A DNA stretch of 64,000 nt. Source: Planctomycetota bacterium. Its GTDB lineage: Bacteria; Planctomycetota; PLA2; JAEUHO01. Positions within the stretch are counted from its first letter, which is position 1, and each line of letters begins with the position of its first letter. The stretch is from positions 32,001 through 96,000 of the forward strand of contig CBDCTJ010000005.1 in assembly GCA_965222115.1 (NCBI GenBank), given 5' to 3'. Position numbers and translations under genes: made by a program. Under the pieces are notes generated by a model. That model had not been told where the DNA came from. It did not search any database and saw nothing but the letters and a program-made list of their open reading frames with translations. Below are positions 28,294 through 37,890 of the stretch, one piece after another.

Positions 28294-30357
28294 CTATGCC
28301 GGCAGTAGCACGCGCACGATGTCGTCCAAGGCAATCGCGACGTCTCGCGCATGCGGTCGACGTCGCGCCGATTTGGCCAGCATGTCGTGGACAAGTGCGA
28401 TCAACGCGCTCGGCAACGTCGCGCGAAGTTCCTGCAGCGGCGCGGGTCGCTTACGGGCAAGTTGACGAGGAAACTGCGCCACATCGGTGCCGTCCAGATG
28501 CACCGGAACCATGCCTGAAAGCCACTCGTAGGCAATCGCACCAAGGGAATACACATCAGCGCGCGCGCCCACGGCCTTTCCCGCGGCCTGCTCCGGCGCC
28601 ATGTAGGCCAGGCTGCCAACGATGGCATCGCGCCCAAAGTTCTCCGCGGCATGGGGCGTATAGGCGACGCCTAAATCGATGAGTACGGGACGCGATGCGG
28701 GAGGAACCAGAATCACATTTTGCGGCTTTACGTCTCGATGCACGACACCCGCATCGTGCAGCGCCTCCAATGAGAACGCGAGATCGCGCAACGTTGCGCA
28801 TACCGTGGCGACGTCCGTCTGCGCGTCATGGTTCATGACGTCACGGAGCGACGGCCCGCGAACATAGTCCTGCACCACATACAGGCGACCACGCTCGTCC
28901 GTGCCAATCGCATACACGTGGGCAATACCGGGATGTCGCACACGCGAAGCGGCTTCGAGCTCAACGCGAATGGATGATTCAAGCACAGCTCGCGCCTTGG
29001 GATCGTAAACGCCCTCGAGATTCAACAACTTCATAGCAACGACGCGATGGCGCGCAAGATCAAGCGCGCGATACACCGTGCCAAACGCACCCCCACCCAA
29101 CTTGGCCATATGGGCATAGCCCCGAACCGTGAGTCCGTCATCAAGTGCGTCGTGGATGGTGAGTCCCGATTCGTGTTGCGCTCCGGGTGTGATGGCAAGA
29201 GACGCCATGCACTCATAGATCCGCGGAAGATGACGGTCGAGCGTTTGCTCACGCGCGAGATTGAGTGCTCGTTCCAACGATCGCCGTGCCAATGCCGCAT
29301 GGCTGCGCTTCGATTGCAATGCAGCGAGATCCAGCAGGACGTCGATCTCGGCGTCGGGGACACCGCGACGGGCCAATGTGTCAATCGCTGATTGATACAG
29401 GGCCTGTGCACGCTTCGGGTCTCGGCGTTCGAGAACCTTGCCCTCCGCATGATCAATGAGTGCGCCGGCGAAGGCGTCGTGACGCGAAGCGAGCAAGTCG
29501 CGGGCGCGCGAGACAGCAGACAGCGCCGCCTGAGCGTGCTCATCACCATCGGTGGTAGACAACGATGCATGCGCAAGCGCCAAGTCCTTTTGTGCGTAGA
29601 GCTTGATCTCCTCGAGCGGAAGCGAATCGGTAACGGCAAAGCATGCCCCAAGTGCGTCCAGTGCCTTGTTCGGCTCGCCTTCCAGTAGGTACGTGCGGGC
29701 AATGTCATTCCACATGCGCGCCTGACCGCGTTGATCGTCTAGTTCTTTTGCAAGTTCGAGATCCATCTCAAAGCACGTGCGCGCTGCCGTAGCGCGTCCC
29801 ATCTTGAGTTGCATACGACCAATGCTACCCAACGTCATGGCGGCACCCAGTCGATCCCCGTGCAGAAACTTCATCGCCAAACTCATGGCGAAGTACGCCG
29901 ACGCGGGTTCCAAGCGCCCTTCGGAATCGAGAATGGCGCCTAAGGTGTCATACACCTGGGCACAACGCGTAGCGCGATCGCACGTTTGATATGCCTCAAT
30001 AGAGTCCAGTAGACTTGCAATCGCTGCAACGGAATCGCCACATTGCATGAGTGCGCGACCGCGAATGTGAAGCGCGCGGGCGCGCACAACATCTTCTGAA
30101 TTGGCGTTGGCCAACACGACATCCAGCCGTTCCACAACATCGTTACAATCTTGGCGGTCGCGAATGTCCAACGCACACCGTTCGGTCTCTACTTCGAGAG
30201 GCACGTGGGGCGCTAACGTGTCGAGGATGGCCCGCGCAGCATGTTCGTCGCCGCGGTCGCCAAGCGCCACCGCTCGATTCAGTGCCTCATGGTGTGGATT
30301 TTCGGACATAGCGTGTGGATTTGTAGACATAGGGTGTGGATTCGTAGACGCCGTCAT
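28294..30357 (-). CDS. TPR-repeat protein with C-terminal Ser/Thr protein kinase
   Basis: TPRs in the N-terminal ~400 aa; 'LGGGAFGTVY', 'VAMK', 'HRDVKPQN', 'IDLG', 'YMAPEQ', 'DVYSLG'. Confidence 0.9.
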   Translation of the reverse strand: MTASTNPHPMSTNPHAMSENPHHEALNRAVALGDRGDEHAARAILDTLAPHVPLEVETERCALDIRDRQDCNDVVERLDVVLANANSEDVVRARALHIRGRALMQCGDSVAAIASLLDSIEAYQTCDRATRCAQVYDTLGAILDSEGRLEPASAYFAMSLAMKFLHGDRLGAAMTLGSIGRMQLKMGRATAARTCFEMDLELAKELDDQRGQARMWNDIARTYLLEGEPNKALDALGACFAVTDSLPLEEIKLYAQKDLALAHASLSTTDGDEHAQAALSAVSRARDLLASRHDAFAGALIDHAEGKVLERRDPKRAQALYQSAIDTLARRGVPDAEIDVLLDLAALQSKRSHAALARRSLERALNLAREQTLDRHLPRIYECMASLAITPGAQHESGLTIHDALDDGLTVRGYAHMAKLGGGAFGTVYRALDLARHRVVAMKLLNLEGVYDPKARAVLESSIRVELEAASRVRHPGIAHVYAIGTDERGRLYVVQDYVRGPSLRDVMNHDAQTDVATVCATLRDLAFSLEALHDAGVVHRDVKPQNVILVPPASRPVLIDLGVAYTPHAAENFGRDAIVGSLAYMAPEQAAGKAVGARADVYSLGAIAYEWLSGMVPVHLDGTDVAQFPRQLARKRPAPLQELRATLPSALIALVHDMLAKSARRRPHARDVAIALDDIVRVLLPA
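30292..30354. repeat. 21-bp tandem repeat x3 at the kinase N-terminus
   Basis: gtgtggattttcggacatagc / gtgtggatttgtagacatagg / gtgtggattcgtagacgccgt; encodes STNPHPM-STNPHAM-SENPHH. Confidence 0.8.
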
Positions 30358-31349
30358 CCGTGAGACTTTAGTGCAACACGGTAGGCCGCTTCCAACTCAT
30401 CGGCCTCATCTTCGGGATTGTGTTCGCGAGCGAGCCACGCGCGCGCTGCCTGCCAACGCGCATGGCGCGCCTCGTCATTCTCGTGCGCGACCTGCCGGTG
30501 CATAGCGATGAGTTGCTCAAGAACTTCGTCGTCAAACAGCAGCAAGGGTGAGTCCGCCGACGCCGCCAACTCGCGATTGCCCGGCACGTTACGCAACGCA
30601 ACTGCGCAACCGTAGGAGAGTGCCTCCAACGCCGCGTTTGACCCGCCTTCATGAACGGATGTATTCCAAACGACGTCGGCATTGCCGTAGGCTCCGCCCA
30701 TCGCCTCGCGCGGAAGGGTCGCGAGGGATACATCCTCCATCTGGATCGCCCGTTCGTGGACCCGCTCCGCATAGTCCGCATCAAGGGTTGGGCCGACAAT
30801 CCGTAGCGCCAGCGACAATCCACGGCTGCGTAGCCGTGACAACAGCAATAACGCGAAGAGCGGGTCTTTCACAGGACGAAGACCCGCAACCAACATCACG
30901 CGCAATGGACCCGGACGAGGCGCCACCGGGCGATCGGCTTCCAAGTAGACACCGCGACGTACCGTACGAAACGGAATGTTCGTGTTCGCCACAACGCCTT
31001 GAAAGGACTTGAATGCCGCTGTAACTACTGCCGACGCCGACAAGACGTCTTGAATGATCTCCGCGTCGGCGAGTTTTTTCGTGCATGCATGCACGTCGGT
31101 TCCAGCCAAGCTTACAATCAGGGGAATGGATCGACGTTGCGCAAGCGTCCGGCCCCACACCCCGCCATGAAGTGCGTGATACCCATGCACAAGATCGGGC
31201 GACTGCTTTGGCTCATGACCCGGGCGCACCGCCTCGACGGTGTAGCCGCGATGACCCAGTGCGCCCATCCAACGCGCAACGGTCGTTCCATTGCCGCGTA
31301 CCGGCGAACCTAACGCGTGTGTCACAATCGCTATGTGCGGCTTTGTCAT
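30354..31349 (-). CDS. GT4 glycosyltransferase, SenB/GLT1D1-like
   Basis: 'GNGTTVARW', 'LAGTD', 'GLRPVKDP', 'TSVHEGGSNAALEA'. Confidence 0.8.
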   Translation of the reverse strand: MTKPHIAIVTHALGSPVRGNGTTVARWMGALGHRGYTVEAVRPGHEPKQSPDLVHGYHALHGGVWGRTLAQRRSIPLIVSLAGTDVHACTKKLADAEIIQDVLSASAVVTAAFKSFQGVVANTNIPFRTVRRGVYLEADRPVAPRPGPLRVMLVAGLRPVKDPLFALLLLSRLRSRGLSLALRIVGPTLDADYAERVHERAIQMEDVSLATLPREAMGGAYGNADVVWNTSVHEGGSNAALEALSYGCAVALRNVPGNRELAASADSPLLLFDDEVLEQLIAMHRQVAHENDEARHARWQAARAWLAREHNPEDEADELEAAYRVALKSHG

Positions 31350-32141
31350 TTACGCGAGCTCGGAGAATGAGGCAAGTGAGACGCCCATGGCGTTCAAGCA
31401 AGATTGTATGTCACGCCCACAAAGCACATCGGATTCAGCCTGGCGCGCGGGCCCGGTGGTAAAGGAACTGCCGGGCCGGTTGCCGGGGTGACACATGAAC
31501 TCATTCGTCGCACGTACGGCATGTTGACACTCGTATTCAAGCGTTGCGAGTGAAGGCTCGCGTGCAAACGTCCATCCCAAAAACGCCTCTGTCGAACGTC
31601 CGAGGGTGCGAAGCGCGTCAATCTCAGGCGCTTCGATACACGTCCGAAACGGGTCAGGCGTATCGTTGGTTGGTACGGGAACACGAAACCACAGCAAGTC
31701 CTTGCGATCCAAACCTCGTAACGCGCGGCTTACCGGCAAAAGGGTGTGGATATGGTTGTGCCCATTCAAGAAAACCGGATCCGCATGGTCCGACAAGGCT
31801 CTCCACTGCGCGTGAACTTCGTTCTCAATGGCGTCGGAATCAATCTCGCCTTCTTGCAGGGCGCGCATGGCATCCGACTTGGAACGTTGAAATACACGTG
31901 TTGCATCGGTTAAACCAGGCACAGGACCCGATACGGCGCGCCCCTCAGTAAGACTAAGATGCAGTCCGATGTCGACCGACTCGCGGCAAAGCTCTGGCAG
32001 CACGTCGCGCCACGTATCGCCCGTCACGGCAACCGACACAGCGGTCACATTGCCTGCACGAACGCACGCAAGGATAGCCGCATCACTTTCGGCGCAAAAT
32101 CCAGCGTCATCCGCACATACAACAATGCGCGGCATGTTCAT
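31350..32141 (-). CDS. ChbG/HpnK (YdjC) family carbohydrate deacetylase
   Basis: 'IVVCADDAG', 'IGLHLSLTEG', 'NGHNHIH', 'EFMCHPG'; ATGA overlap with upstream gene. Confidence 0.9.
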   Translation of the reverse strand: MNMPRIVVCADDAGFCAESDAAILACVRAGNVTAVSVAVTGDTWRDVLPELCRESVDIGLHLSLTEGRAVSGPVPGLTDATRVFQRSKSDAMRALQEGEIDSDAIENEVHAQWRALSDHADPVFLNGHNHIHTLLPVSRALRGLDRKDLLWFRVPVPTNDTPDPFRTCIEAPEIDALRTLGRSTEAFLGWTFAREPSLATLEYECQHAVRATNEFMCHPGNRPGSSFTTGPARQAESDVLCGRDIQSCLNAMGVSLASFSELA

Positions 32142-33031
32142 CGTCGTGTTGCTTTCCACACGCAACCCATCACGCCTTCGCGCTCGCCATCTCGAACGAG
32201 ATAGCTTTCGCCCTTGTCGGCCCGAGTTCGCCACGCAGATCGCATGGGGAGATACTCCGTTTCTCCGAACCAGCGCACTTTCCACGACATGAGTGTGAGG
32301 TCGTAACGCTCGCCGTAGGCCTTCAATAACTCGGGCGCTGGAAGTGAATGAAGAAACGCCAACACACGGCCCGCAGGATTGAGGTGGGACGCGGCGCCCA
32401 TGAACAACGGACGATGATGGGCACGCCCGCCCGCGCCCCCATGCTGCGACACCGGAAGCACGTCGTGCGGCGCAGCAGGCTTGTGAGGAAGATTGGCGAC
32501 GATCATGTCGGCTCGTTCGGCGGGGCCAAAGGGCTCAAGCACTGAACCATCTCGAAACTCGATCTCAACGTCGGCACGCGCGGCATTGATGCGCGCCAAC
32601 TCAAGTGCGGAGGAACTGACATCGGTCGCAATCACCCGCACGCCTTGATGTGCTGCCCAAATGGCGAGCAGCCCCGTGCCGCAGCCAATCTCCCAAAGTG
32701 ACGAAAACGGAGCGACGCGCGCCTCACGTTCCAGCGCAGCCAAGACATCCATGGTCGCGTGATCGGCGGCCACGGCCCCCGCCACATTGCGCGCCTCGAC
32801 TACCTCGCGTGTACCAGACCGAAAAATCGAGACCGACTCCGCGTCACGCCCGAGGGGCCCAACGAAATCGTCGCGCCGCACGAGGTCGTCAGCGACCGCA
32901 AAATCGACGTCGCAGCGACGCAGAAAGTGAATGTACTCATTCATCGATTGGTGAGTATCGGCATAGGAACGGGGCGTCCAGCGGAAACCGTAGGCACGTT
33001 CGGGATGATCGATAGATCCGCTCTGCAGCAT
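32138..33031 (-). CDS. Class I SAM-dependent methyltransferase (HemK/PrmC-like)
   Basis: '[10 protein letters not shown]', 'ATDVS', 'IVANLPH' (NPPY-like); start could be 32944. Confidence 0.8.
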   Translation of the reverse strand: MLQSGSIDHPERAYGFRWTPRSYADTHQSMNEYIHFLRRCDVDFAVADDLVRRDDFVGPLGRDAESVSIFRSGTREVVEARNVAGAVAADHATMDVLAALEREARVAPFSSLWEIGCGTGLLAIWAAHQGVRVIATDVSSSALELARINAARADVEIEFRDGSVLEPFGPAERADMIVANLPHKPAAPHDVLPVSQHGGAGGRAHHRPLFMGAASHLNPAGRVLAFLHSLPAPELLKAYGERYDLTLMSWKVRWFGETEYLPMRSAWRTRADKGESYLVRDGEREGVMGCVWKATRR

Positions 33032-33313
33032 CGACAGAGGCTACAGCGGCCCTTGGTGCGCCGGCGGTGTTCCCATGCGTCCAATCGGGCGACGAACCTA
33101 TCCCCAAATGGTTGCGGAAGGACGCCATTCAAGTGCGGCGCAGGCAATTCAGCGCTCCGCGCGGGAGGCGGGTCTCAGATCTCTCCCTTGGCCCCGGGCA
33201 GCGCACCGCCATGCCCTCGGGTCGTGGTTCAATGCCTCGAATTCGCCGGAGGTCGGCATGGCCCTTCCTCGTCCCCGCGAATTTGTCCCCTAACGAACAC
33301 GTGGAGACCCCGC

Positions 33314-34387
<1,074 letters not shown>

Positions 34388-35287
34388 AGTCCTCGACAGG
34401 ATTTCGAGCCTGGAACTCAAGGCTCGGCTGATTGTCGAAGGCTATGTATCGGGGCTCCACCGAAGTCCGTTTCACGGATTCTCGGTCGAGTTTGCTGAAC
34501 ACCGGGAATACGTCCCCGGTGACGACATTCGCTTTCTGGACTGGAAGGTCTACGGCAAGACCGACCGGCTCTATGTGAAGCGATTCGAAGAAGAAACCAA
34601 CCTCGAAGCCCACCTCGTGGTCGACGTCTCCGCGTCGATGGCCTACGGCAATCATCGCGAAGTCAAATCCAAGCGCACGCTCGGTCGCAGCAAGTTTGAG
34701 TACGCCCGTCGCATGGCCGCGGCACTCGCCTATTTGATTACGCAACAGCAAGACGCAGCCGGGCTCGTGCTCTTTGACTCCGCGGTGCGAAAGAAGTTGC
34801 CCGCGCTCAACAACCCGGCCCACTTCGCACACATTATCTCCGAACTTGAGAAGGCCGAACCCGCTGAAGATACCGGCATTGCGCGCGCATTGGCTGAAGC
34901 CGGGGAAGCCATCCGCCGCCGCGGTCTCGTCGTGCTGATCTCCGATTTGATGGACGACGGCAAAGAGGTGTTGCGCGGTCTCAAACGCGTGCGCCATCGC
35001 GGGCATGAAGTGCTGTTGGTTCATGTACTTGATCAAGACGAAGTAAACTTTCCGTTCGAACGCCTGTCGCGCTTCGAAGGCATGGAAGATGATCGCCGGC
35101 TCACCCTCGACCCGGTGGCGCTTCGCAATGCTTATCTGGAGGAAGTGCGCGGATTCCAAAAACGGCTGCGCAAGGTGTGTCTAGCCAATCGCATTGATCT
35201 TGTGGAGATCACCACCGCCGATTCTATGTCGATCACACTGGCCGCGTATCTCGCCAAACGCGCGGCGCGTGCGAGGAAGCGCGCCTA

Positions 35288-37825
35288 ATGGTTCTCGCCG
35301 CACTCATCAACGGAAGCCTACTCTTATGGGGCGCAGCCCTGGCCTCCGTACCGATCATTATTCACCTCTTGAGCAAGCGCAAGGTGCGTCGCGTCAAGTG
35401 GGCCGCCATGCACTGGCTCGAAGCGGCCATGAAGCGCCATCAGCGGCGCCTCAAGCTAGAGAACTGGTTGATCTTGGCCCTGCGCGTGGCCGCCATCGCA
35501 TTGCTTGGCCTCGCCTTGGCACGCCCGGTACTCACCGACTCGTCGCTTGCAGGCGCTCTGGGCAATAAACGAAGCGTCTACCTGATCGTAGACAACTCAC
35601 TGAGTACCGAGGCCAAGGTGGACGCACGTTCCGTGTTTGAACGCGTCAAACACGAGAGCGACCTCATTCTCAAGAACCTCAACAAGGACGACTCGATCGC
35701 CGTCATCGTGACCAATCATCCCTACGAGGAAGCCAGCGACGGACTGGATCCGTTCGTGCTTATTCCGCGCAGCGTCGGTGGGAAATCGGTCGAGCGTGCA
35801 CGCGAAGCGCTCGCCTCGCTCCGTTCGCGACAGGCACCAGCCCGTTGGAGTGATGCACTTCGGCGCGTGCAGGCACAAACCACATTGGCCGATGTCAATC
35901 GACAGATCTTTGTGGTCACCGACTTGCAAGCGGGCGACTGGCTGCGCGCGCCGCGCGAAGTATCCGACGGGCCGTCCGATCCCGGTACGACACGTGACGG
36001 CTCCTCCAGCGCGGGAGAAGGTTCGGCGTCATCCACTGGCGACGCAACCCGAGTCAGTCAGCGACTTGAAGATCTCATCCGCTTGCCCTCAAGCATTCGC
36101 GTGATCAATGTGGGTGGCAAGGATCGGCGCAATATGACGGTCGCAGGTGTCTCCCTTCGCGAAGCACAAGACCCATTCATCGGACGACCCCTTCATCTCG
36201 CCGTGGAGGTCGCCAATCACGGCGCCAAACCTGTTCGGGGCGCAACGCTTGAGGTGTACGTCGACGATCAAGGCACCCGGCGACTGGTCAACATTCCCGA
36301 CCTTCCTGCCGCCGACGCCGGACTGCGCATTCCCAAGCCGGCAAGGGAAACCGTGCACGTTTCGTTGCCGCGCGACACGTTTGAAGACGACGGCACACAC
36401 ACGGTGCGCGTGGTGGTGTCACCGCCACGCGAAGACGCCGCGGCGGATAGCTTGGGAGCCGACAGCACACGCTACGCATCCTTCCAAGTGCGGCGTCGCA
36501 TTCGTGTGCTCGCATGGACACGCGACAGTAGTAGCAACGCATCCTTTCGCGCCGAGCGATACCTTGAGGGTATTTACGCGGGGAGTGATCCCAGCGAAGG
36601 CGGCATTCCACTAACCGGGGGGCTATACGGCTTCGAACACGTAGAACAGGAGTCGATGCTGCAACAGGCGCTTCGCGAACGAGACGCTTCGCCCATCGAT
36701 CTCATTGTGCTCGCCAATGTTGCGGTGAGTGATTCTCGCACCGCCCGCGCATTGGCCGACTTTGTGCGTTCCGGCGGTGGCCTGCTCGTGTTCACCGGCA
36801 ATCGCCTTGAAGACCCCGCGCAACTCAACACCGTGTTTCACGATGTGGACGACGATCAGCGATTGCTTCCATACCCTGTCGCAGAAGCCGAGTTGAAAGA
36901 TCGCGGCGGCAGCGAAACGGCGTGGACGTTTGACCTAAGCGAACGCGAGGCGCCCCACCCGGTTGCCGCGCCGTTTACTAACTTCGATCCGGTATCGAAT
37001 ATCGATCCCGCGGACTGGATCAAGAAAATGCCGCCCGAGATTTGGGGTCGCACGCCATTCGTTGTGCCGGAGCAACCCAAAGGATCCGACGCGCCTTCGC
37101 CCGAGGACCTGCCGAACAATAACGAGGCCGATGTTCTTGCCGCGCGAAACAAGGTCGTGCTCCGTTTCAATGACGGCAAACCTGCCATCGTGTCAACGCA
37201 CGTGGGCGAAGGACGCGCCATTTGGGTGGGTACAAGCCTCGATAACGGCTGGCTCGCGCAGACCGCGTTGTTCTTGGCACCGTTCCTCGAAGAGTCGGCG
37301 CTCTACCTCACCAAACCAGCCGATCGCGGTCGCAACGTCACGGTGGGTCAACGCCTGCGCATCAATGTTCCCGCCGACGCACGGCAAGTTCGCTTGTCGC
37401 TTCCCAAGGGCGGACAGGCCCCCCTCACACGCATCGGCAAGGAAGACGAAAACGCCGCGCGCGCCGAGTTCGATCCCGATGTGGTGGGCACGGCGGGCCG
37501 TTGGGACTTGACGTACGAGCGCACAATGCCCTCCGGCGAAATGCGCAAGATTCGCGACTCGTTCTCTGTCAATGTCGATGCGTCGGAAGGCGCACTCTTG
37601 CCCGCCTCGTCGTCGGCGATTACGTCGGGACTTCCCGACGAAACCGACATTGCGTTTTCCACTAGCTACGGATCCGAAGAGAAGGCCGAAGACAACGCAC
37701 GCGAAGGCGAGATCACGCGCATTTTGTTGTGGATCTTGCTGGGACTCTTGGTGTTGGAGTCGATTCTTGCCATGCGCTTTGGACGTCGATCAACGGCGCC
37801 CGCCGGCGATGCGCCAAGCACATAA
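35288..37825 (+). CDS. BatA-domain / vWA membrane protein
   Basis: BatA 'PIIIHLL...WAAM...LILALR'; 'DNSLS' MIDAS-like; 'FVRSGGGLLVF'; C-terminal TM 'LLVLESIL'. Confidence 0.85.
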   Translation: MVLAALINGSLLLWGAALASVPIIIHLLSKRKVRRVKWAAMHWLEAAMKRHQRRLKLENWLILALRVAAIALLGLALARPVLTDSSLAGALGNKRSVYLIVDNSLSTEAKVDARSVFERVKHESDLILKNLNKDDSIAVIVTNHPYEEASDGLDPFVLIPRSVGGKSVERAREALASLRSRQAPARWSDALRRVQAQTTLADVNRQIFVVTDLQAGDWLRAPREVSDGPSDPGTTRDGSSSAGEGSASSTGDATRVSQRLEDLIRLPSSIRVINVGGKDRRNMTVAGVSLREAQDPFIGRPLHLAVEVANHGAKPVRGATLEVYVDDQGTRRLVNIPDLPAADAGLRIPKPARETVHVSLPRDTFEDDGTHTVRVVVSPPREDAAADSLGADSTRYASFQVRRRIRVLAWTRDSSSNASFRAERYLEGIYAGSDPSEGGIPLTGGLYGFEHVEQESMLQQALRERDASPIDLIVLANVAVSDSRTARALADFVRSGGGLLVFTGNRLEDPAQLNTVFHDVDDDQRLLPYPVAEAELKDRGGSETAWTFDLSEREAPHPVAAPFTNFDPVSNIDPADWIKKMPPEIWGRTPFVVPEQPKGSDAPSPEDLPNNNEADVLAARNKVVLRFNDGKPAIVSTHVGEGRAIWVGTSLDNGWLAQTALFLAPFLEESALYLTKPADRGRNVTVGQRLRINVPADARQVRLSLPKGGQAPLTRIGKEDENAARAEFDPDVVGTAGRWDLTYERTMPSGEMRKIRDSFSVNVDASEGALLPASSSAITSGLPDETDIAFSTSYGSEEKAEDNAREGEITRILLWILLGLLVLESILAMRFGRRSTAPAGDAPST

Positions 37826-37890
37826 CCCCCGTAACGTTTGTCGTATTTGGAGCAAAGGCTCCTTCACTCAACTACAGGAACCTAGGCCTC

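Noticed and set aside
32759-33313. N-terminal extension of the MoxR ORF (likewise ispE, panD, ydjC and vWA extensions in the ORF track)
   Set aside because: They overlap neighbouring genes; downstream starts have RBS or stop-start coupling and match family N-termini
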